A stretch of 64,000 nucleotides of DNA from Nanobdellota archaeon (GTDB lineage: Archaea; EX4484-52; LFW-46): the NCBI GenBank assembly GCA_018897155.1, contig JAHILE010000040.1, forward strand, positions 20,157 to 84,156, written 5' to 3'. The notes under the pieces were generated by a model. That model was not told the DNA's origin. It searched no databases and was given only the letters and a program-made list of their open reading frames with translations. The translations under genes were made by a program, and so were the position numbers. Positions 55,733 through 64,000 of the stretch are shown here, piece by piece (the first letter of the stretch is position 1; each line of letters opens with the position of its first letter).

Positions 55733-56785
55733 ATGGTTTCTTTTGATGTCTTTTTTTTAAGCATGATTTACATACTGACTGCAAGTTTTTGTGCGGGCGT
55801 GGCCACATACATTATGACGAAACGAATAATAATTGTTTCTAAAAATATAGGGGCCGTCGGGTATGATATACATAAAAAAAATAAGCCCGAGATCGCAGAA
55901 CTCGGAGGATTTCCAGTTCTTCTTGGGTACCTTACAGGTATTTTATCATATGTGTTCGCACTTACATTTTATCTTAAAATAGATGGAGGTACAACTTCAA
56001 AAATACTTGCGGCAACACTTACCATCGTAATCATAACCCTTTTTGGATTGCTTGATGATTTGACTGCGCTTCTTCAGAAAAGAAAAATCATTGGCGGAAA
56101 AATTAATTCTGAAAAAAAGATCGGATTTAAACAAAGCACAAAATTCTTATTGCCTTTATTTGCTGCAGTTCCTCTTGCAGTTGTTAATTCCGGAGTTTCA
56201 TCAATAACAATTCCTTTTTTAGGAAATGTTGATCTCGGAATTCTTTATCCTATTTTGATGATTCCGCTCGGCATTTTTGGCGCGTCAAACGCAACAAATA
56301 TGCTTGCGGGCATGAATGGGCTTACAGCAGGGCTTGGAGCAGTGCTTATTTCTGCACTCGGAGTATTTGCATTTATGAATGGTGGTGTGGTGGCTGCAGC
56401 TATTGCATTTATTTTTGTTGGCGCGCTTGTCGCGTTTCTTTTTTATAACTGGTGCCCGGCAAAAATATTTCCGGGCGACAGCTTGGATTATACAATCGGT
56501 GCAGTTGCCGCATCAGTTGCAATTCTTGGTAATATAGAGCGCTTCGCAGTTATTGCATTCACACCATGGTTTGTCGAATTTTTGCTAAAGGCACGAAGCC
56601 GTTTCACAGCAGAGTCTTTTGGCGTGCTGCAAGCCGACGGAACATTAAAAGCGCCGTATGAAAAAACATATTCTCTAACGCACATTATTATGAAATCGGG
56701 CAGATTTACAGAAAAACAGGTTGTTTCAATATTGTTGGCCGTAGAGGCTGTTTTTTGCGCAATTGCGTTTGCGGTTTTTCTTTAA
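55733..56785 (+). CDS. MraY/WecA/AglH-family sugar-phosphate:polyprenyl-phosphate transferase (N-glycosylation initiating GT4)
   Basis: A polytopic membrane protein with the 'NATNMLAGMNGL' signature. Confidence 0.7.
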   Translation: MVSFDVFFLSMIYILTASFCAGVATYIMTKRIIIVSKNIGAVGYDIHKKNKPEIAELGGFPVLLGYLTGILSYVFALTFYLKIDGGTTSKILAATLTIVIITLFGLLDDLTALLQKRKIIGGKINSEKKIGFKQSTKFLLPLFAAVPLAVVNSGVSSITIPFLGNVDLGILYPILMIPLGIFGASNATNMLAGMNGLTAGLGAVLISALGVFAFMNGGVVAAAIAFIFVGALVAFLFYNWCPAKIFPGDSLDYTIGAVAASVAILGNIERFAVIAFTPWFVEFLLKARSRFTAESFGVLQADGTLKAPYEKTYSLTHIIMKSGRFTEKQVVSILLAVEAVFCAIAFAVFL

Positions 56786-56849
56786 TCGTTTATATTGATT
56801 ATTCAAACAAAAACTCAAGGTTTATAAAACTACCGTATCAACGTTAGCT

Positions 56850-57728
56850 ATGCTTTCAAAAATGGTGGACTGGAGCCTTTTGCATTATAGGAAAGGGCTT
56901 ATATTTACGGCGATGTTGCTTGTTTTTGTTCTGGGTATTCTTTTTAGCACATATATGAAAACAGGCGATTTTGTCGAGCGCGGCATTGATTTTAAAGGCG
57001 GTACAGAAATTGTTGTTCCAATAACCCCAGGAATCGCCGTTGACCTGCAGAAAATACAGGCAACTGCAAGCAAAGCAGTTTCCGGCGATATAACGCTGAA
57101 AGAAACCAAAGGGTCTGCGACAATGCTTATATTCCAGAGCGATGCATCAATTACAAAAGAAAATATTATTCGCGTTCTTGATTCTGAAGGCGTTTCCTAT
57201 GACTCTGGCGGAATAAGCTCGCAGGCAGTCGGAGCATCTCTTGGCACCGCATTCTGGTCTCAGGCAAAAATGGCGATAGTTGCGGCATTTTTGGTAATGG
57301 CGGGTGTTGTCTTTTACGTTTTTAAAAATCCGATACCTGCGGCCGCAGTTGTTGCTGCAGGACTTTCGGATTTTTTGTTTGCTGCAGCAATGATGGATGT
57401 TGTAGGATTGAAACTTAGCCTTGCAACCCTTGCGGCGCTGCTTATAACATTAGGGTATTCAGTGGATACTGATATATTGCTTACAACGCGTGTCCTAAAG
57501 CGCCACGACGAACAGTCTGTGGATGAGCGCATTAAATCATCGATGAAGACCGGGATGACTATGACTGTTTGTGCAATTGCTGCTATGGCGGTTCTTTATT
57601 TTGTGTCAACCTCGGTCGTGCTTAGCGAAATTGCGCTCGTGATACTATTTGGGCTGGTTGCAGACATTCCGTTTACATGGGTTCAGAATGTCGGCATTTT
57701 AAAGTTATATCTTGAAAAAAGAAAATGA
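56850..57728 (+). CDS. secF: protein-export membrane protein SecF
   Basis: 'GIDFKGGTEIV' followed by a 6-TM region. Confidence 0.75.
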   Translation: MLSKMVDWSLLHYRKGLIFTAMLLVFVLGILFSTYMKTGDFVERGIDFKGGTEIVVPITPGIAVDLQKIQATASKAVSGDITLKETKGSATMLIFQSDASITKENIIRVLDSEGVSYDSGGISSQAVGASLGTAFWSQAKMAIVAAFLVMAGVVFYVFKNPIPAAAVVAAGLSDFLFAAAMMDVVGLKLSLATLAALLITLGYSVDTDILLTTRVLKRHDEQSVDERIKSSMKTGMTMTVCAIAAMAVLYFVSTSVVLSEIALVILFGLVADIPFTWVQNVGILKLYLEKRK

Positions 57729-57748
57729 ATTGTTTTTTGTGTGATTAA

Positions 57749-59221
57749 ATGGACGTTAAAAGATTGCTGAAAGAGCCAAGAATTATATTTCTCGCAGTCC
57801 TGCTCATAGCCTCGCTTGCCGTAATTGGGCCTCATTTTGTGTTTGCTCCGGGAGAGCCTGCGCAGCTTGAGACAAAAATTGTCAAAGGCCTTGATCTTCA
57901 GGGAGGGGTGCGCGCGTTGATTGCCTTAGACAACGCGACAGACGAACAGTTTCAGCAGTCGATTTCAATATTGTCAAATAGGATCAATTATTTCGGCTTA
58001 AAGGAAATGAATATACGCCCGGTGATTATAGATAACACACAATATATACAGCTTGAGCTTGCGGGCGCGAATGAGGCCCAGATGCGCGACCTTCTTGAAA
58101 AGCAGGGGAAATTTGATGCCTATATAGACCGGCATGTTTCTTTATCCGACGGAACCGGCGTTTTGAAAATTGGCGGGATTGATTTTGCAATTTCTGAAAA
58201 TAATGGCACAATAACTGTCGGAAACAGCACGGTTTCAGAAAACCAGTCGTTTGCACTCGATGTTTCAGGGACAAAAATCGACATAAAGTACCAGAACAAA
58301 ACAAACAACATCATCCTTCTTTTTGCAAAGGTGTATGCTGGAGCAGACATCAAGCAGATTTATCATGATGCCCAGCATTCAAATGTTGTGCAAGGTTCGG
58401 GCGGCGCGTGGATTTTTCAGTTCTCGATAGTTACTTCAACCGATTCTGCGGCGCGGTTTTCAAAAATAACGCAGGATGTACCTGTTGATTTTGCAGGAAT
58501 CCAGAGGCAAAATTATCTTTCAAGCAAGATCTATTTATATCTTGATGACAATGAAATGGATTCATTAAGCATATCTTCTGATCTGAAAGGCAATTTCCTC
58601 ACGCAGCCGTCAATTTCAGGACCTGGTGAAAGCAAGCAGGATGCTGTTGATAAAATGAAAAAGCTTCAGGCAATTCTTGAAAGCGGCGCATTGCCTACAA
58701 AAATAGAGCTTGTAAGCGTTGCGGAAGTTTCGCCAACTCTCGGGGCGCAATTCATGAAAATGGCTATAGTGGCGATTTTTGCAGCAATTCTTGTTGTGAG
58801 TGTTATAATTTATTTAAGGTACAGAGACCCTAGAATAGTTATTCCGATAATACTTACATCCGGCGCAGAAGTGATAATTATATTTGGAGTTGCTGTGTTG
58901 ATAAAGTGGACAATAGATCTTGCATCTATTGCAGGCATTCTTGCAGCAATAGGTACCGGTGTTGATGCGCAAATAGTTTTAGTTGACGAGTCGCGAAAAA
59001 AGCATGCTGCTGAGATGAGCCTTAAAAGAAAACTCGATCAGGCGTTCTTTATAATTGTGTCTTCGGGCGCAACTATGATTGGCGCAATGTTGCCGCTTCT
59101 TTTTATCGGTGCAGGTGTGATAAAGGGCTTTGCATTTACAACAATACTCGGCGTGTTTATCGGAATTTTTATAACAAGACCAACATTCTCAAAGATTTTG
59201 GAGTATGTTCGCGCAGAATAG
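57749..59221 (+). CDS. secD: protein-export membrane protein SecD
   Basis: 'GLDLQGG' followed by a periplasmic-like domain and a 6-TM region. Confidence 0.75.
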   Translation: MDVKRLLKEPRIIFLAVLLIASLAVIGPHFVFAPGEPAQLETKIVKGLDLQGGVRALIALDNATDEQFQQSISILSNRINYFGLKEMNIRPVIIDNTQYIQLELAGANEAQMRDLLEKQGKFDAYIDRHVSLSDGTGVLKIGGIDFAISENNGTITVGNSTVSENQSFALDVSGTKIDIKYQNKTNNIILLFAKVYAGADIKQIYHDAQHSNVVQGSGGAWIFQFSIVTSTDSAARFSKITQDVPVDFAGIQRQNYLSSKIYLYLDDNEMDSLSISSDLKGNFLTQPSISGPGESKQDAVDKMKKLQAILESGALPTKIELVSVAEVSPTLGAQFMKMAIVAIFAAILVVSVIIYLRYRDPRIVIPIILTSGAEVIIIFGVAVLIKWTIDLASIAGILAAIGTGVDAQIVLVDESRKKHAAEMSLKRKLDQAFFIIVSSGATMIGAMLPLLFIGAGVIKGFAFTTILGVFIGIFITRPTFSKILEYVRAE

Positions 59222-59251
59222 TCGGCGGTTAGAAATTGGAGTGGCCCCGTT

Positions 59252-59498
59252 GAGATTTATTCATGCCGAATCAGCAGCGGACAGGTGACTGCACCGAAGG
59301 TGCAATCGCCCTAAGCGCCGACCGATTACGCGGCCGTTGAACTCAAGACCTCCGGCTCACTAAAACGCTAAGCGCAAGTAAGCACTTGGATTTGGGCAGG
59401 ACAAACTGTTCGCCCAAACGTCATATAAGACCGGCGCTCCTTCTGGCGGAATTTCGCGAATTTTTGGCAAAACCCGAAACCAGCTGAGCTACGGGACC
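59252..59498 (-). tRNA. multi-intron tRNA (~247 nt), anticodon UAU (Ile) if canonically spliced; introns in D-loop, anticodon loop and T-loop
   Basis: Minus-strand read: GGTCCCG-TA-GCTC AGCTGGT[39 nt]G GAGC-G-CCGGT CTTATA[~65 nt]A GCCGG-AGGTC-TTGAG TTCAA[~85 nt]CTCAA-CGGGGCC-A. All four stems pair once the three inserts are removed. Confidence 0.4.
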
Positions 59499-59577
59499 AC
59501 TAAAACCCTATATTGGCGGAGTTTTAAAAAGGTTTCTTATCTCAGATATATAAAAACCGGCTTCAAATAATCAATCT

Positions 59578-60171
59578 ATGAAAGGAAAATTTATTGTGGT
59601 TGAAGGCCTGGATGGAAGCGGAGCATCTACGCAAGTGGCTATGCTTTCCGAATATCTGGCAAGCAAAGGATATAATGTTCTTGTGACAAAAGAACCGACA
59701 AATAACCTCATCGGCGGGCTTATAAGGGGGCAATTGACGCACGAATGGAAATCAAATCCTGAGTGTTTGCAGCTTCTTTTTGCAGCAGACCGCTCGCACC
59801 ACATTGAAAAAGAAATAATTCCGGCGCTTGAGAAAGGCATGCTTGTCATATCCGACCGCTATATGTATTCCTCACTTGCTTTCGGCTCGATAGATTGTGA
59901 TATGGAATGGCTGAAACATATAAATGCAAAATTCTTAAGGCCTGATGTTTCCATAATACTGAACGTTTCGCCTGAAGTTTCTGTTGAACGGATAGGGCGA
60001 ACGCGCGCAGGTTTTGAGCTTTTTGAGGACAAGTCGAAGCTTGAAAAGGTTCGCACAGCTTTTGATGCGTTGGCAAAAGAAACGAAAGGCATTACAGTTA
60101 TCGATGGCACTATGCCGGTAAATAAGGTTTCCATGGCGATTGTGCGGGAAGTTCAGAAGGTTCTGCAATAG
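59578..60171 (+). CDS. tmk: thymidylate kinase
   Basis: P-loop 'VEGLDGSGAST' plus 'DRY' and LID region motifs. Confidence 0.85.
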   Translation: MKGKFIVVEGLDGSGASTQVAMLSEYLASKGYNVLVTKEPTNNLIGGLIRGQLTHEWKSNPECLQLLFAADRSHHIEKEIIPALEKGMLVISDRYMYSSLAFGSIDCDMEWLKHINAKFLRPDVSIILNVSPEVSVERIGRTRAGFELFEDKSKLEKVRTAFDALAKETKGITVIDGTMPVNKVSMAIVREVQKVLQ

Positions 60172-60682
60172 ATGCGCGTGTGTTGTAGACATATTTAATT
60201 AGTCGTAAAAGAATAAATATGCAATCGAGCCAATTTATTAGTGGTGCTTTGGCGCGCGCAAGATTGATGAAACTGGAATTACTGTTAGCGATTTTTCTTC
60301 CGGAGAAAATTTTGTAGGCTATATGGCTCTTGATTTTATTGCCGATGCGCGCATTCCGCGAAAATATGTGGATTCTATGAGGCGCATGGGCTAATGTTCT
60401 TTACATAAATGAAAGTAATGGCAGGATGCAGTATATTGAAATCATGCGCCTTGGCCAGCGCTTTGAAGTGCCTATTGCCACGCAGAATATTCGCCACTTT
60501 GGCGCGTATTATAAGCTGATTCCGCTGAAGTCAAGAAAAAGCGTGCGCCGATTAATTCAGGAGACTATGAAGCATTTTTCTAAAAGGGGTTGTCTGTCGC
60601 GCCGCTAATGGTGCTGCGATATTTCGCGAATATATTTATTTTGTTTTTTGGAGTATAAATAATCTGGTGTACTAAGTAATTA

Positions 60683-61045
60683 GTGGTGTTCTTGGAGCTT
60701 GCGCAAAAAGAGAAGTATTCTAATGAGATGCCGCCTAATGCGTATTCTTTAACAAAGAAATATATTGACTCTTTTAAAAAAATAGACTGTGTCGTAGACG
60801 CATGCGTTTCTGCAGAACTTGTTAAATTAATGCGCGAAAACGGCAAAAATGTTTTGTATATGGCTGAAATTGATGCACTAACTGGAGGGCATTTATCTGA
60901 TAACGATATAATTAACATAGCAAATAGCCATAATATTCCGGTGATTACTTTTAATATTCCGCATTTTTTGGGTTGTGTTGAACTCATTCCGCTGAAAGCC
61001 ACCAGCGTGAAACGCCAATTTGCGGTGATATCAAGTTACGAATAA
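60683..61045 (+). CDS. PIN-like (DUF5615-type) small protein, tentative
   Basis: A spaced acidic pattern in 'IDCVVDACVS...LYMAEID...DNDIINIANSHNIPVITFN' resembles PIN-like toxin folds. Confidence 0.3.
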   Translation: MVFLELAQKEKYSNEMPPNAYSLTKKYIDSFKKIDCVVDACVSAELVKLMRENGKNVLYMAEIDALTGGHLSDNDIINIANSHNIPVITFNIPHFLGCVELIPLKATSVKRQFAVISSYE

Positions 61046-61117
61046 TATTGTTGCATCAACAAATTCTGAAATGTTTTTTCATGACGTTTTAATAATAAAA
61101 ACATTTGCAATAAATAT

Positions 61118-61750
61118 TTGAGTGGTTGCATTTATGCGCATAGCGATGTTGTAAAAAAACCCTTTTTGTTCTTAGCAGAATTTGCTATATCCGGCAAAGA
61201 TAAAAAAGGAAAACAAGCGGATGAATATAAACGAACACTTATTGATTCAGGACTTTTCGAATATATTGACACGGGCATAGCCTGTGTAATTTCTGGCGGC
61301 GAATTGCGTGCTCGCAATAATTTTGATTTTAGAATATTTGTAAAATGTATTCCCGATTATGTGTTGGGGAATGTAATGTCTTATCTGAAAGAGTCGCACG
61401 CACAAAGCATGCTGGCAGCTAATCTGAAGCTGTTTGACAAAAACACTATTTCGAGTGGAGCTGACATATATCAACTTCTTGTGCTTGATACTGCTCAGCG
61501 CCAAAAAGTGGGCGATGCTGCATTCGGCGATGCACAAGGCCACGCGTTAGAAGGAGCACTTAGAGCGATGCTTACAAAAAAAGAATATCTTCCTGACGGC
61601 GGAGAATATGTTGATTTGCGTCAGCCGCCATACTCTGTAGATGCCGATTTTGGAATTTCTTTTGATTCAGAGAACTGCCTTTTAGAATATTATCGGAATT
61701 TGCGCGATGCCGAGTCTTGTTTTAAACTGCAGACAAAACGCAGATTATGA
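61118..61750 (+). CDS. hypothetical protein
   Basis: A 210-aa ORF, convergent with hisS. Confidence 0.35.
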   Translation: MSGCIYAHSDVVKKPFLFLAEFAISGKDKKGKQADEYKRTLIDSGLFEYIDTGIACVISGGELRARNNFDFRIFVKCIPDYVLGNVMSYLKESHAQSMLAANLKLFDKNTISSGADIYQLLVLDTAQRQKVGDAAFGDAQGHALEGALRAMLTKKEYLPDGGEYVDLRQPPYSVDADFGISFDSENCLLEYYRNLRDAESCFKLQTKRRL

Positions 61751-63022
61751 CGTAAGTTCGCTAACGCGTACTTTCCCTTCTTTTCCGGTCTTCATATTTC
61801 TCACAATAACTGCGCCTTCTGCAAGCTCTTTTGGACCTACAATTATGATTTTTTTTGCGCCGGTTTTATTTGCAAAGTCGAACTGCTCGCGCAGGCTTTT
61901 GTTCATTATGTCGATTTCTGCAGAAATTCCGGATTTGCGCAAGTTCGCAGCGATTTTTATAGTATCCGCGCGCATGGAATCATTTACAGCCGCAACGAAA
62001 TATTCCGCGCCGTTTTTTTTGCCGCCAAAAAGCCCTGCAGCCTCCATTGCTGCAAGAGTGCGCTCTATCCCCCCGGCAACGCCGCATGCAGGCATTTTCC
62101 TGCCGTATATTCCTGCTAGATTGTCATATCTTCCGCCGCCAAAAAGAGAGCCCAGTTCAGGCGTTTTCAAGTCTGCGGCTTCGTAGACAATGCCTGTGTA
62201 ATATCCAAGGCCCCTCACAACTGATAAATCCAGCACGCACTTGTCATAAACTCCGAACGCGCGAAGCAGTTCGCCCAATGTCTTGAATTCGCCAATAATT
62301 TGTTCAAGTCCGCCAAATTCTTTTGATTTTTCAAGCTTTGCAGTGACGTCGGCGATTTTTCCGCGCATAGAAAGGGACGAAAGTATCTTTTCTGCATCTG
62401 CTTTTTTTATTCCGTACTTTTCGAATTCCGACAAAAGCGCATGTTTCTGGAGCTTTGCGATTTTATCTATTGTACGAAGCGCGCCTTCTACATTTTCTTC
62501 TTTTACCCCGCAGCTTTTGATTATGCATTCAACAAGCCTGCGGTCATTTATTCGCACTTCGAAATTTTTCAGGCCAAGAGCATTGAGTATCTCGACAGCA
62601 AGCGCGATTGTTTCTGCATCTGCCTTGATGCCCTTTGCGCCGAAAATCTCGACATCCCACTGCCAGAATGAGCGGAAGCGGCCGAATTGGGGGTTGTCAT
62701 AGCGCCACATATTTGAAATGGCGTATGCTTTAAATGGAAATGTCACCGGTGCGGTTGCAGCCATTCGCGCAAGCCCCACGGTTAAATCAAAGCGCAGCCC
62801 CAGTTCTCGGCCGCCTTTGTCCTTGAGTATGTATATTTCGTTTTTGACATCCTCCCCGGATTTTGCAGTAAGCGTTTTTAAATCTTCGAGTGCTGGCGGC
62901 TCTACTTCAGTATAGTTCCAGCGGTCCAGCACCGAGCGTATCTTTGCATATATTTCCTTTCTTTTCGCCATTTCTTCTGGCATTATGTCCTTCATGCCTT
63001 TCGGCGGCTGGAATTCGGGCAT
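61745..63022 (-). CDS. hisS: histidyl-tRNA synthetase
   Basis: Class II aaRS motifs and 'GGRYD'. The anticodon-binding C-terminus includes 'IIIVGPKELAEG'. Confidence 0.9.
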   Translation of the reverse strand: MPEFQPPKGMKDIMPEEMAKRKEIYAKIRSVLDRWNYTEVEPPALEDLKTLTAKSGEDVKNEIYILKDKGGRELGLRFDLTVGLARMAATAPVTFPFKAYAISNMWRYDNPQFGRFRSFWQWDVEIFGAKGIKADAETIALAVEILNALGLKNFEVRINDRRLVECIIKSCGVKEENVEGALRTIDKIAKLQKHALLSEFEKYGIKKADAEKILSSLSMRGKIADVTAKLEKSKEFGGLEQIIGEFKTLGELLRAFGVYDKCVLDLSVVRGLGYYTGIVYEAADLKTPELGSLFGGGRYDNLAGIYGRKMPACGVAGGIERTLAAMEAAGLFGGKKNGAEYFVAAVNDSMRADTIKIAANLRKSGISAEIDIMNKSLREQFDFANKTGAKKIIIVGPKELAEGAVIVRNMKTGKEGKVRVSELTS

Positions 63023-63262
63023 ATAATCACTTTTGATTTTAACAATATATATTCATCTGCAGATGAATTATTAGTTTATTTAAAAAACACGCGCAAATCA
63101 TTCAAAACAATATAATTGCTTGTTTCAAAGCGCGCGTTTTCTTCCGGATTATTTCCATCTTCTTTTGAAATCAGTGGCGCGAGGTCACTTCCATATTGGT
63201 TTGTCATTTCAAAAGATCGTTGTCTCGTTTTTTCTTCAGAAAACGGCGCATTATCTAGTGGG

Positions 63263-63475
63263 CTATACATTACTCTCACCCCCTTCGGTTTCAGGAACAT
63301 TAATCGCGCTTCCGCTATCGGTAATTTTTTCAATACCTACAAAAACAACCGCGCCAAAGCTAAGTTTAAGCCTTTTTCTGATTGACGCAGGAACGATTAT
63401 TCTTGCGCGCTCATCGAGCTTTGCGGTGAAAAACAGAATTCGAGAATTCGGGCTGTCGCTGATGCCGAAAATCAT
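63263..63475 (-). CDS. AbrB/SpoVT-type (swapped-hairpin) small DNA-binding protein, tentative
   Basis: 'AKLDERARIIVPASIRKRLKL' resembles the AbrB/MazE N-domain. It overlaps ORF 63076..63333 in another frame, so the gene model is uncertain. Confidence 0.35.
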   Translation of the reverse strand: MIFGISDSPNSRILFFTAKLDERARIIVPASIRKRLKLSFGAVVFVGIEKITDSGSAINVPETEGGESNV

Positions 63476-63578
63476 CCTTTCGGATGAAGCAATTCACCTT
63501 TTATGTCCTTTGGCATAGATTTCACCACTTAGTAATTGTAATTAAAAGTATATAAACTTATGTGGGAAATTACCCTTT

Positions 63579-63893
63579 ATGCCCCTTTCTTTTTCAGCAC
63601 GTGTCCTTGAACTTACAAAAAGAATCCCAAAAGGCAAAGTTTCGACTTACGGCGACATTGCAAAGGCGCTCGGAAACCCAAAAGCTGCGCGCGCTGTAGG
63701 AAACGCATTGAATAAAAACCCGCATCCAGTAACTGTTCCGTGCCACAGGGTTGTGCGCTCTGGCGGCGCTGTTGGCGGCTATGTTTCTGGGAAAAAAGAG
63801 AAAATCGCGCTCCTTAAAAGCGAAGGAATCAAAATTAAGCGCGGCAAAGTCGCGGATTTTGATAATATACGATGGATTTTTAGAAAACGTTGA
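63579..63893 (+). CDS. ogt: methylated-DNA--protein-cysteine methyltransferase, C-terminal (DNA-binding/active-site) domain only
   Basis: 'VPCHRVV' active site and 'YGDIAKALGNPKAARAVGNA' HTH. Confidence 0.7.
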   Translation: MPLSFSARVLELTKRIPKGKVSTYGDIAKALGNPKAARAVGNALNKNPHPVTVPCHRVVRSGGAVGGYVSGKKEKIALLKSEGIKIKRGKVADFDNIRWIFRKR

Positions 63894-63967
63894 AGCAGAG
63901 GGTGGGATTTGAACCCACATAAACGGGCTTTGCAGGCCCGCGCCAAACCGGGTTAGGCGACCTCTGC
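63894..63967 (-). tRNA. tRNA-Cys(GCA), no intron
   Basis: Minus-strand read: GCAGAGG...CGGGC CTGCAAA GCCCG...GTGGG TTCAAAT CCCAC CCTCTGC-T. It sits directly after the ogt stop. Confidence 0.7.
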
Positions 63968-64000
63968 GTGTTTTGTCATTTTTATGTGTGCGAGAAGTTA

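Noticed and set aside
60426-60608. A 60-aa ORF lies in the 500-bp gap after tmk, a possible DUF433-like partner of the PIN-like gene.
   Set aside because: It has no recognisable motif, poor start context, and sits in a region with several short broken frames. It may be a decayed gene but cannot be supported.
1-64000. I looked for CRISPR arrays and rRNA genes.
   Set aside because: No regularly spaced direct repeats of 25-40 bp with unique spacers were seen, and no 16S/23S/5S-like conserved blocks. The only tandem repeats are the 33-bp duplication at 12003 and the 9/15-bp coding repeat at 27251.

Overview
This window reads as an archaeal chromosome segment rich in replication and information-processing genes. 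It carries the PolD large subunit DP2 with an intein, a family-B polymerase, Orc1/Cdc6 with an ORB-type inverted repeat next to it, CDC48, fibrillarin plus Nop5, S17e, a DEAD-box helicase, HisRS, thymidylate kinase and SecDF. Lipid and N-glycosylation genes are also present (GGGP synthase, a geranylgeranyl reductase and a GlcNAc-1-P transferase). Six tRNA genes occur, four of them with unusually placed introns. Several accessory modules sit among the housekeeping genes. One is a radical-SAM peptide-maturation cluster: a paired rSAM and an rSAM/SPASM flank an ORF whose tail is a DNA-encoded (Asp-His-Trp / Asp-His-Cys-Trp-Trp) repeat. Another is an ~7 kb locus of about eleven class-III-signal-peptide (type IV pilin-like), Cys-rich secreted proteins. 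A low-GC Type III restriction-modification island lies next to a tRNA-Thr, followed by an IS200 TnpA. A HEPN/MNT toxin-antitoxin pair plus GNAT cassette appears to have inserted at the polB 3' end, leaving a duplicated polB terminus. No CRISPR array or rRNA gene was seen. The multi-intron tRNAs, a probable tRNA-Ile(UAU) and the many tiny pilin-like proteins suggest a small-genome, possibly DPANN-like, archaeon, but this is inference only.
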